From Squalus acanthias (Eukaryota), in NCBI GenBank assembly GCA_030390025.1, contig CM059431.1, positions 140,742,001-140,806,000 of the forward strand: a stretch of 64,000 bases of DNA, given 5' to 3'. The position numbers and the translations under genes were made by a program. Positions 32,860 to 44,800 of this stretch are shown in pieces. Below the pieces are notes generated by a model. That model was given only the letters and a program-made list of their open reading frames with translations. It ran no database searches and was not told the origin of the DNA. The first letter of the stretch is position 1. Each line of letters opens with the position of its first letter.

Positions 32860-35205
32860 TATTATGTAACGAGAAAGGATTAATTAGCAATCTTGTTGTA
32901 CGAGGCCCCTTGGGTCAGAGTGATCATAATATGATAGACTTCATCATTAGGATGGAGAGTGAAGTAGTTGAATCAGAGACTAGGGTCCTGAATTTAAATA
33001 AAGGAAACTACGATGGTATGAGGCGCGAATTGGGTAGGATTGATTGGGAATGTCACTCAAGGGGTTGACTGTGGATAGGCAATGGCAAACATTCAAAGAC
33101 TGCATGGATGAACTGCAGAATTTGTTCATCCCAGTGTGGCATAAGAATAAAACAAAAGGGGTGACTCAACCATGGCTAACAAAGGGAAATTAGGGATAGC
33201 ATAAGATCCAAGGAGAGGGCATATAAATTGGACAGAAAAAGCGGTAGCCCTGAGGATTGGGAGCAGTTTAAGTTTCAACAAAGGAGGACAAAGTGATTAA
33301 TTAAGAAGAGGAAAATAGAATATGAAAGTAAGCTTGCTGGGAACATAAAAACTGACTGTAAGAGCTTTTATAGATATGTGAAGAGAAAAAGATTAGTGAA
33401 ATCAAGTGTAGGTCCCTTGCAGTCAGAAGCGGGGGAAGTTATAATGGGGAACAAAGACATGGCAGACCAATCAAATGCATATTTTGGTTGTGTCTTCACA
33501 AAGGAGGACACAAATAACCTCCCAGAGATGTTGGAGAACATACGGTCTGATGAAAGGGAGGAACTGAAAGAAATCAGTATTTGCAGGGAAATGGTGTTAG
33601 GGAAATTGACGGGATTGAAGGCCGATAAATCCCCAGGGCCTGATAATCTACATCCGAGGGTACTTAAGGAAGTGGCCCTAGAAATAGTAGATGCATTGCT
33701 GATCATCTTCCAACATTCGATGGAAGCTGGAACTGTACCCATGGATTGGAGGGTAGCTAATGTTACCCCACTATTCAAAAAGGGTGGTAGAGAGAAAGCG
33801 GGGAATTACAGACCGGTAAGCCTGACATCGGTATTGGGGAAAATGCTAGAGTCCATTATAAAGGATGTAATAGCTCAGCACTTGAAAAACAGTGACAAGA
33901 TCGGACAAAGTCAACATGGATTTACAAAAGGTAAATCGTGCTTGACTAATCTACTGGAATTTTTTGAGGATGTAACTGGGAAAATAGATAAGGGAGAACC
34001 AGTAGATGTGGTGTATTTGGACTTTCAAAAGGCTTAGAATAAGGATCCGCATAAGAGATTAGCGTGTAAAGTTAAGGCACATGGGATTGGGGGCAAGGTA
34101 TTGACTTGGATAGAGAACTGGTTGGCGGACAGAAACCAGAGAGTAGGAATTAATGGTCTTTTTCCGAGTGGCAAGCAGTGACTAGTGGGGTACCGCAGGG
34201 ATCGGTCCTTGGACCCCAGCTATTCACAATATACATTAATGATCTAGATAAGGGAACTAAATGTAATATCTCCAAGTTTGCAGATGACACAAAGTTGGGT
34301 TGGAGTGTGTGCTGCGAGGAGGATACCGAGAAACTCCAGGATGATCGACAGGTTGGGTGAGTGGGCAGAAGCGTGGCAGATGCAATATAACGTGAATAAG
34401 TACGAGGTTATCCACTTTGGTGTCAAAAACAGAAAGGCAGACTATTATCTGAATGGCAATAGATTGGGAGAAGGGGAAGTGCAACGAGACCTGGGTGTCC
34501 TTGTGCACCAGTCGCTGAAAGTAAGCATGCAGGTGCAGCAGGCGGTGAAGAAGGCAAATGGTATGTTGGCCTTCATAGCGAAAGGGTTTGAGTATAGGAA
34601 CAGGGATGCCCTGCTGCAGTTGTACAGGGCCTTGGTGAGACCACACCTTGAGTACTGTGCGCAGTTTTGGTCGCCTTATCTGAGGAAGGATGTTCTTGCC
34701 ATGGAAGGAGTTCAGCGAAGATTCACAAGGCTGATACCTGGGATGGCAGGAATGACATATGAGGAGAGATTGGGTCGATTGGGCTTATATTCGCTGGAGT
34801 ATAGAAGAATGAGAGGGATCTCAGCGAAACATATAAAATTCTGACAGGTCTGGACAAACTAGATGCAGGAAAAATGTTCCCGATCGTCGGAGAGTACAGA
34901 ACCAGGGGTCATAATCTAAGGATAACGGGTAAGCCATTTAGGACAGAAATGAGTTAGAATTTCTTCACCCAGAGAGTTGTCAACCTGTGGAATTCTCTAC
35001 CACAGAAGGTAGTTGAGGCCAAGTCATTAAATATATTGAAGAATTAGTTAGATATATTTCTTAAAGCTAAAGGTATCAAGGGATATGGGGAGAAGGCACG
35101 TACAGGGTACTGAGTTTAGATGATCAGCCATGATCTCATCGAATGGCGGAGCAGGCTCGAGGGGCCGAATGGCCTACTCCTGCTCCTATCTTCTATGTTT
35201 CTATG
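32860..35205 (+). mobile_element. CR1 LINE, 5'-truncated (~2.3 kb, end of APE plus RT plus 3' UTR)
   Basis: PLGQSDHNM, then ORFs 33378-34037, 34178-34360 ([15 protein letters not shown]) and 34278-34844. The tail is ctcctgctcctatcttctatgtttctatg. Same subfamily as 1242-1907. Confidence 0.94.
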
Positions 35206-35399
35206 ATACTGACGGATCCGCTGAGAATTTTCAACTCTTTGTATCATTGTTTCAGATTCACAATATTTTCACTTTTATCCATATGTTTCCTATTTGGCCT
35301 GTTTCTCTTCTGTAACATTCTGTGATTCTAAGATTTGATTTCCTGTCAGTTCTGTGATGTTTGAATAATCCAGACTCATTCTGTGTCCCTCCCACTTAC

Positions 35400-35566
35400 C
35401 CGATGATCTTCTCCACTGAAATGCCTCTCGTATGTTAACAACGAGCTGACTCCGTCCACCTCTCCTTCAATCGCCTGTTCCAGTCTGTCCTGGTAGAATT
35501 TCGTAAACTGGAACAGTTGGTAATCGTCGCACTTTGTCAAGAACTCAGTGATTGTAGTGTTCGGAT
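35400..35566 (-). CDS. NLR gene, first half of the CARD-like N-terminal domain (167 bp, phase 1-0)
   Basis: Acceptor ttttctccatttgtgttcacag| at 35568-35567 and donor CGG|gtaagt at 35399-35398. Translates PNTTITEFLTKCDDYQLFQFTKFYQDRLEQAIEGEVDGVSSLLTYERHFSGEDHR. Confidence 0.87.
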
Positions 35567-35639
35567 CTGTGAACACAAATGGAGAAAATTAAACACAGTA
35601 TCCACTTTCTACCCATGCGGCTACAATCCTCTTATGTGA

Positions 35640-36070
35640 AACGGCTGAAGCTGCCTGTGAGCCACATTATCAAACACCTTCTCAAAACCATTCACACCGC
35701 ATGTGCTGCATTCCATTGATCTATATAGTTCCGTGACTCACGTCTCAACAAACCTGCATCATATTTGTCAAACACGGCTTGTCAACAGCTAATCCGTTCC
35801 AGCCTCCCCTCATCATCCCCTGTATCTCTAAATGCTCACTAATTCAACCCGGAATTAGAGATTCGAGGAGTTTGCCCACAACCAACTAATTGGTTTCTAG
35901 GTACCCGGTTGAACCTCTCTCCTTATTTGAACAGAGATATTACTTGCGCTCCTTCACCTGTACATTTCTGATATTAAATGAGGATTGATAAATTGTGGTC
36001 AGAGTCTATCCCATCTCCTCTCTGACTTCCTGTAACAGTCTGGGGCATATTATCTCTGGGCTCAGTGACT
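35640..36070 (-). mobile_element. Highly decayed CR1 RT fragment
   Basis: The reverse complement has degenerate PGPD, RPISL, CLTN and FEKVFD-like segments in CR1 order. Confidence 0.5.
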
Positions 36071-36377
36071 TACCCACCTCGGCTATTGAACTTCGACCCA
36101 AATCCTTCTCTAGTTATCTCTAATTATGGTCCCACATCTTGCTCTAGTGCACCAACATTCTCACTTCCACCATCATTTTTGGAAACTAAATCAAACATAT
36201 TGCATCGCCCCAAATCTTCATCCTCCACAACTCGTTTCCCAGGTCCCCCCTCTATCTCATCTGCACTGCTTGCTAGTCTGCAAAACCCACTGAAAATTGC
36301 ACTATTTTATTTCCTATTGCTTAACTGTGTACATATGGATTCTAGCTCAACATAGCTCCCTGGAACATCCTTATGTT

Positions 36378-36577
36378 CTAAACCTCTCCGTCTCTCTCTC
36401 CTCCTTTACGACGCTGATTTAAACTGAGCTCTTTGACAAAGCTTTTGGTCACCAGTCCTGATATCTCCTTTTGTGGCTCGGTGTTAAATTTTGTTCGATA
36501 ACGCTCATCTGAAGCACCCTGGGATGTTTTACAATGTTAAAGGCGCTATATAAATGCAAGATTGTTTTGTTGCTGTT
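36378..36577 (+). mobile_element. L2 LINE 3' end
   Basis: ctaaacctctccgtctctc...ctctttgacaaagcttttggtcacc...aaaggcgctatataaatgcaagattgttttgttg, the reverse-complement equivalent of 19049-19260. Confidence 0.8.
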
Positions 36578-36579
36578 CT

Positions 36580-36929
36580 AGTGCTATCACCGGATGAGAC
36601 GTTAAACCGAGGCCCCGTCCGCTCTCTCAGGTGGACGTGAAAAAGCCTCTGACACTATTTCGAGGAAGAGCAGGGGAATTATCCTCAGTGTCCTAGCCAA
36701 TATTTATCCCTCAATCAACATCACTAAATCAAATTATCAGGTCATTGTCGCATTGCTGTGTGTGGGAGCTTGCTGTGCATAGGATCTTGCTGTGCGGAAA
36801 TTGGCTACCACGTTTCCTACATTACAACAGTGACTACTCTTCAAAAAGTACTTCATTGGCTGTAAAGAGCTTTGGAAATCCAGTGGTTGTGAAAGGCGCT
36901 ATATAAATGCAAGTCTTTCTTTTCTTTCA
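36580..36929 (+). mobile_element. 5'-truncated copy of the Deu-domain-like SINE
   Basis: ggatgagacgttaaaccgaggccccgtc core through gaaaggcgctatataaatgcaagtctttcttttctttc, the reverse complement of 27163-27470. Confidence 0.82.
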
Positions 36930-37209
36930 GTGCATTCCAGATCACAACAAAGCGCTGCGTAAAAAATGGTTCCTCATGTCACCGCTTAACACTCAATCCT
37001 AACTCCATTTTTTGGAGCGTTGAACCGTTTCCGTTTTTCTTTTAATACCGTGACTTTATCTTTCACTACTTCAAAACCTCCTTTATTTTTTTCCACTAAT
37101 AACTTTTCACTATTTCATAAACCTTCTGTTTCTGCTCTACCAATAATATTAATTCAACTTTCTAGCCTCATTTCCGGTTATTTCCTACCCATCAGCCATT
37201 TCAGCTGAT

Positions 37210-37660
37210 ACCCTTCCCACTGCGCCATTCACCCATTCTGTAAATCCATTGTTGTTGGTCAGTTCGGATTGCGGCCGTCCCTTCCCTTCTCTCTGAACTC
37301 ACTCTACTGCCTCAAGAACGTGAACCCTTCCCTCCTGCTCCAGCCCTGCAGCCGCACATTGACCTGCCTCATAATTCCCACCATAAGCAGCCCAGTGCAA
37401 AACAATCCAGAGATCACCACCTTGAGGCATTTTTTAGTCTCATGCCTAAGTCTTAATATTTCCTCTATAAACGTATTTATATCCTTGTTACTGGTTCCGA
37501 TCCTGGCTATTTTCTGCTCTCCATTCCAGAGGCTGTCCCACCCATTCCAGAATTCTCTTCGCTCTGCCACCAGGGAGGCACCTCACTATTCGGGACTGCA
37601 GACGAGTCTGTCTGTTCCCCCGACTATAGAATCACCCAGCACTATTGCTCTCCTATTCCT
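37210..37660 (-). mobile_element. Decayed CR1 ORF1 (SGNH esterase) fragment
   Basis: ORF 37304-37570 ARIGTSN...LKVVISGL...LQGWSRREGFTFL. Upstream VLGDSIVG and downstream WEGYQL resemble the GDS, GTND and DGLHL esterase blocks. Confidence 0.7.
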
Positions 37661-38134
37661 GTGCACCACCTGCCTCTCACCCCCGCCCCACTCGGGGTGG
37701 CTTCCTGCTCCCTGGTGTCACAATGTTGCTCTAGAAAACCATCCTGAGTCTCTGTCTCTATCCACCATGCAGTCTGCTAGCTGGGAGGACAGAATATCAG
37801 GTGAACGATATATTCACTATTATAAAATGAACTGAAACACGTGTTATAAATATAAAAAATGTTACTTAACCATTGCAACCGGAAGTCTTCTGAATTAAAT
37901 CTATACAACCTGCTGCTGCATCTTATTTTATCTCTGGCAGAAACTGTTTTTAAAATGTATTTCCTTGTATCCAGGAGATGTTGCTGCTACTAGACTACCG
38001 AATACACAGATAGGAATTTGCAGTGGTTCGACGAGGGTTCTGATAATTGGGGAGGGAAGGGTTGAGTTTGATGGGGCAACAAGTGTTGCAAGGTTAACCA
38101 GACAGTAATGATACAAATGAGTTAGTAGGCTTAT

Positions 38135-38351
38135 CTTCAGTGTCCGTGTGAGTGCATTGAACGTCTTCCTGCATTTCAGCAATATTCTGGGTCTATATTT
38201 CTGCCACCTCTCTCCACGTGCAGCTTGCCTGGATATTCCTGCCACCTGGTGGATAGAAGATGTTCCTATTCCTGGAGACCTCCTCCTGCAAAACCCCGAA
38301 AGCAGTGTGCGGAAACTGGGCAGCCCTTGCGGGGTCTGCTGTGCCAGCCAT
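38135..38351 (-). pseudogene. Frameshifted Myb/SANT-like (MSANTD or PIF/Harbinger ORF1-type) relic
   Basis: The minus strand reads MAGTADPARAAQFPHTAFGVLQEEVSRNRNIFYP.. / W.EVAE / PRILLKCRKTFNALTRTLK across frameshifts, resembling the R..RF....L..L..EV ... W..VA ... R...QCRKKFNDL trihelix pattern. Confidence 0.5.
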
Positions 38352-38834
38352 TGACAACAATCTTCACGTACAGTTGCCAACAGCCAAAGTGCTCCTCCAC
38401 TTCGAGGGGCAGGTTGGCACCCACTAATCTGCGTGCTGTCAATGCGCAGCACAAGTGACGTTGACAACACGCTTATTTTGTTTAAATTATAGAGATGGGC
38501 ACATTTGAGGCTTTCTTTGCAGCCACGTGATTGGGCACGTGTTCAGAGGGGCCATTCTGTGTACTAAACGCAATTTCTACCCCATTCGCAATTTGGTCTA
38601 AAAACCCTGAAATAATAGAGGTATAGAATAGAAAACAGAATATGCAACAATTCTAGCTGGGAACAATTGTTTCATATTTGCCACCATGATATTACATATT
38701 TGCCAGTCGGTAAGTGAATGGGAAGAGTTTTGCTGTAGTGGTAGAATTATTCAGAAATATTTTATTTGAAAGGACTTTCATTCTACTAACCTGTTTTTTG
38801 ATCAAAGCTTGGAGTATTCTCCTTTAATAAAAGG

Positions 38835-41800
38835 ACTGGGCCCATAAAATCACTGGGCCCATCTTCCCCGGGTTACACACTGTCTGATCTCACTGGGTCC
38901 ATCCTGCCCGGGTTACACAATGACTGATCTCACTGGGCCCATCCTACCCGGATTACACACTGTCTGATCTCACTGGGTCCATCCTGCCCGGGTTACACAA
39001 TGACTGATCTCACTGGGCCCATCCTACCCGGATTACACACTGTCTGATCTCACTGGGTCCATCCTCTCCGGGTTGCACACTGTCTGATCTTACTGGGCCC
39101 ATCCCCCGGGGTTACACACTGTCTGATCTCACTGGGACCATCCTCCACGGGTTACACAATGTCTGATCTCACTGGGCTCATCCTCCCAGGGTTACACACT
39201 GTCTGATCTCACAGGGCCCATCCTCCCTGTGGTACACAATGTCTGATCTCATTGGGCCCATCCCCCCGGGTTAAACACTGTTGATCACACTGGGCCCATC
39301 CTCACTGGGTTACACACTGTCTCATCTCACTGAGCCCATCCTCCCCTGGTTACACATTGTCTGATCTCACTAGGCCCATCATCCCCGGGTTACACACTGT
39401 CTGATCTCACTGGGCACATCCTCCTCGGGTTACACACTGTCTGATCTCACTGGGCCCATCCTCCCCGGGTTATACACTGTCTGATCTCACTGGGTCCATC
39501 CTCCCCGGATTACACACTGTCTGATCTCACTGGGCCCCACCGCACCCCCCGAGTTACACACTGTCTGATCTCACTGGGCCCATCCTCCCAGGGTAACACA
39601 CTGTCTGATCACACTGGGCCCATCCTCCCCGGGTTACACACTGTCTCAACTCACTGGGCCCATCCTCCCGAAGTTACACAGTGCCAGATCTCACTGGGCC
39701 CACAACCGACCCCCGGGGTTGCACACTGTCTGATCTCGCTGGGCCCATCCTCCCCGGTTTAAACACTGTCTGATCTCACTAGGCCCATCCTCCCCGGGTT
39801 ATATACTGTCTGATCTCAGTTGCCCCTCCTCCCCAGGTTACACACTGTCTGATCTCACTGGGCCCACCCTCCCCGGGTTACACACTGTGTGATCTCACTG
39901 GACCCATCCTCCCCGGGTTACACACTGTCTGATCTCACTGAGCCCATCCTCCCCCCGCCCCCGGGTTACACACTGTCTGATCTCACTGGGCCCATCCTCC
40001 CCCGGTTACACACTGTCTGATCTCACTGGGACCATCCTCCCAGGGTTACACATTGTCTGATCTCACTGGGCCCATCCTCCCCGGGTTACACAATGACTGA
40101 TCTCACTGGGCCCATCCTCCCCGGATTACACACTGTCTGATCTAACTGGGCCCATCCTCCCCGGGTTATATACTGTCTGATCTCAGTTGCCCCTCCTCCC
40201 CAGGTTACACACTGTCTGATCTCACTGGGCCCACCCTCCCCGGGTTACACACTGTGTGATCTCACTGTACCCATCCTCCCCGGGTTACACAATCTATGAT
40301 CTCACCGAGCCCATCCACCCCACCCCCCCCGCCCCGGTTACACATTTTCTGATCTAACTGGGCCCATCCACCCCGGATTACACACTGTCTGATCTCACTG
40401 GGCCCGTCCTCCCCGGGTTACACATTGTCTTATCACACTTTGCCCGTCCACCCCGGGTTACACATTGTCTGATCACACTGGGTCCATCCTCCCCGGGTTA
40501 CACACTGTCTGATCTCACTGGATCCCACCGCACCCCTCGGGTTACACACTGTCTGATCTCACTGGGCACATCCTCCGCGGGTTACGCACTCTCTGATCTC
40601 AGTTTGCCAATCCTCCCCGGGTTACACACTGTCTGAACTCATTGGGCCCATCCCCCACGGGTTACACACTTTTGATCTCACTGGGCCCATCATCCCCGGT
40701 TTACACACTCTATGATCTCACTTGGCCCATCCTCCCCCGGTTACACACTGTCTGATCTCACTGGGCACATCCTCCGCGGGTTACACACTCTCTGATCTAA
40801 TTTGTGCACATCCTCCCCGGGTGACACACTGTCTGAACTCATTGGGCCCATTCCCCCCGTGTTACACACTTTTGATCTCACTGGTCCCATCCTCCCCGGG
40901 TTACACACTGACTCATCTCACTAGGCCCATCCTCCCCGGTTTACACACTGTCTGATCTCACTGGGCCCATCCTCCCCGGGTTATACACTGTCTGATCTCA
41001 CTGGGTCCATCCTCCCCGGGTTACAGACTGTCTGATCCCACTGGGCCCATCGTCCCCGGGGTACACACTGTCTTATCTCACTGGGCCCATCCTCCCGAAG
41101 TTACACAGTGCCAGATCTCACTGGGCCCACAACCCACACCCGGGGTTACACACTGTCTGATCTCGCTGGTTCCATCCTCCCCGGGTTACACACTGTCTGA
41201 TCTCACTGGGCCCATCCTCCCCGGGTTACACACTGTCTGATCTCACTGGGCCCATCCTCCCCGGGTTACACACTGTCTGATCTCACTGGGCCCATCCTCC
41301 CGGGTTACACACTGTCTGATCTCACTGGGCCCATCCTCCCCGGGTTACACACTGTCTGATCTCACTGGGCCCATCCTCCCCGGGTTACACACTGTCTGAT
41401 CTCACTGGGCCCATCCTCCCCGGGTTACACACTGTCTGATCTCACTGGGCCCATCCTCCCTGGTTACACACTGTCTGATCTCACTGGGCCCATCCTCCCC
41501 GGGTTACACACTGTCTGATCTCACTGGGCCCATCCTCCCGGGTTACACACTGTCTGATCTCACTGGGCCCATCCTCCCCGGGTTACACACTGTCTGATCT
41601 CACTGGGCCCATCCTCCCCGGGTTACACACTGTCTGATCTCACTGGGCCCATCCTCCCCGGGTTACACACTGTCTGATCTCACTGGGCCCATCCTCCCCG
41701 GGTTACACACTGTCTGATCTCACTGGGCCATCCTCCCCGGGTTACACACTGTCTGATCTCACTGGCCCATCCTCCCCGGGTTACACACTGTCTGATCTCA

Positions 41801-44800
41801 CTGGGCCCATCCTCCCCGGGTTACACACTGTCTGATCTCACTGGCCCATCCTCCCCGGGTTACACACTGTCTGATCTCACTGGGCCCATCCTCCCCGGGT
41901 TACACACTGTCTGATCTCACTGGGCCCATCCTCCCCGGGTTACACACTGTCTGATCTCACTGGGCCCATCCTCCCCGGGTTACACACTGTCTGATCTCAC
42001 TGGGCCCATCCTCCCTGGTTACACACTGTCTGATCTCACTGGGCCATCCTCCCCGGGTTACACACTGTCTGATCTCACTGGGCCCATCCTCCCCGGGTTA
42101 CACACTGTCTGATCTCACTGGGCCCATCCTCCCCGGGTTACACACTGACTCATCTCACTAGGCCCATCCTCCCCGGTTTACACACTGTCTGATCTCACTG
42201 GGCCCATCCTCCCCGGGTTATACACTGTCTGATCTCACTGGGTCCATCCTCCCCGGGTTACAGACTGTCTGATCCCACTGGGCCCATCGTCCCCGGGGTA
42301 CACACTGTCTTATCTCACTGGGCCCATCCTCCCGAAGTTACACAGTGCCAGATCTCACTGGGCCCACAACCCACACCCGGGGTTACACACTGTCTGATCT
42401 CGCTGGTTCCATCCTCCCCGGGTTAAACACTGTCTGATCTCACTGGGCCCATCCTCCCCGGGTTACACACTGTCTGATCTCACAGGGCCCATCCTCCCCG
42501 GGTTACATACTGTCTGATCTCAGTTGCCCCTCCTCCCCGGGTTACACACTGTCTGATCTCACTGGACCCATCCTCCCCGGGTTACACACTGTCTGATCTC
42601 ACTGGACCCATCCTCCCAGTGTTATACACTCTATGATCTCACCGAGCCCATCCCACCCCCGCCCCGGTAACACATTGTCTGATCTCACTGGGCCCATCCT
42701 CCCCTGGTTACACACTGTCTGATCTCACTGGGCGCGTCCTCCCCGGGTTACACACTGTCTGATCACACTGGGCCCGTCCTCCCCGGGTTACACACTGTCT
42801 GATCTCACTGGGCCCATCCTCCCCGGGTTACACACTGTCTGATCTCACTTGGCCCATCCTCCCCGGGTTACACACTGTCTGATCTCACTGGGCCCATCCT
42901 CCCCGTGTTACACACTGTCTGATCTCACTGGGCCCATCCTCCCCGGGTTACACACTGTCTGATCTCACTGGGTCCATCCTGCCCGGGTTACACACTGTCT
43001 GATCTCACTGGGCCCATCCTCCCCGGATTACACACTGTCTGATCTCACTGGGCACATCCTCCCCGGGTTACACACTGTCTGATCTCACTGGGTCCATCCT
43101 CTCCGGGTTGCACACTGTCTGATCTCACTGGGCCCATCCCCCCGGGGTTACACACTGTCTCATCTCACTGGGACCATCCTCCACGGGTTACACAATGTCT
43201 GATCTCACTGGGCTCATCCTCCCAGGGTTACACACTGTCTGATCTCACTGGGCCCATCCTCCCTGTGGTACACACTGTCTGATCTCACTGGGCCCATCCC
43301 CCCGGGTTAAACACTGTTGATCACACTGGGCCCATCCTCCCTGGGTTACACACTGTCTCATCTCACTGGGCCCACCCTCCTCGGGTTACACACTGTCTGA
43401 TCTCACTGAGCCCATCCTCCCCTGGTTACACATTGTCTGATCTCACTAGGCCCATCATCCCCGGGTTACACACTGTCTGATCTCACTGGGCACATCCTCC
43501 TCGGGTTACACACTGTCTGATCTCACTGGGCCCATCCTCCCCGGTTTATACACTGTCTGATCTCACTGGGTCCATCCTCCCCGGATTACACACTGTCTGA
43601 TCTCACTGGGCCCCACCGCACCCCCCGGGTTACACACTGTCTGATCTCACTGGGCCCATCCTCCCAGGGTAACACACTGTCTGATCACACTGGGCCCATC
43701 CTCCCGAAGTTACACAGTGCCAGATCTCACTGGGCCCACAACCCACCCCCGGGGTTGCACACTGTCTGATCTCGCTGGGCCCATCCTCCCCGGTTTACAC
43801 ACTGTCTGATCTCACTGGGCCCATCCTCCCCGGGTTATATACTGTCTGATCTCAGTTGCCCCTCCTCCCCAGGTTACACTATGTCTGATCTCACTGGGCC
43901 CACCCTCCCCGGGTTACACACTGTGTGATCTCACTGGACCCATCCTTCCCGGTTTACACACTCTATGATCTCACCGAGCCCATCCACCCCCGCCCCCCCC
44001 GCCCCGGTTATACATTTTCTGATCTAACTGGGCCCATCCACCCCGGATTACACACTGTCTGATCTCACTGGGCCCGTCCTCCCCGGGTTACACATTGTCT
44101 TATCACACTTTGCCCGTCCACCCCGGGTTACACATTGTCTGATCACACTGGGTCCATCCTCCCCGGGTTACACACTGTCTGATCTCATTGGATCCCACCG
44201 CACCCCCCGGGTTACACACTGTCTGATCTCACTGGGCACATCCTCCGCGGGTTACGCACTCTCTGATCTCAATTTGCGCATCCTCCCCGCGTTACACACT
44301 GTCTGAACTCATTGGGCCCATCCCCCACGGGTTACACACTTTTTATCTCACTGGGCTCATCATCCCCGGGTTACACACTGTCTCATCTCACTGGGCCCAT
44401 CCTCCCCGGGTTACACACTGTCTGATCTCACTGGGCCCATCCTCCCCGGTTTATACACTGTCGGATCTCACTGGGTCCATCCTCCCTGGGTTACACACTG
44501 TCTGATCTCACTGGGCCCCACCGCACCCCCCGGGTTACACACTGTCTGATCTCACTGGGCCCATCCTCCCCGGGTAACACACTGTCTGATCACACTGGGC
44601 CCATCCACCCCGGGTTACACACTGTCTTATCTCACTGTGCCCATCCTCCCGAATTTACACAGTGCCAGATCGCACTGGGCCCACAACCCACACCCGGGGT
44701 TGCACACTGTCTGATCTCGCTGGGCCCATTCTCCCCGGGTTACACACTGTCTGATCTCAGTGGGCCCATCCTCCCCGGGTTACACACTGTCTGATCTCAC

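Noticed and set aside
32820..35265. Another hammerhead-bearing Penelope-derived repeat apparently split by the CR1 (32820-32858 plus 35206-35265)
   Set aside because: The resemblance to 30033-30132 is weak and the CUGANGA/GAAA core is not retained, so it cannot be supported as a feature.
903..35566. Assigning the symbol NLRP3 or NLRC3
   Set aside because: Family-level similarity only. No PYD is seen and orthology cannot be established without a phylogeny.
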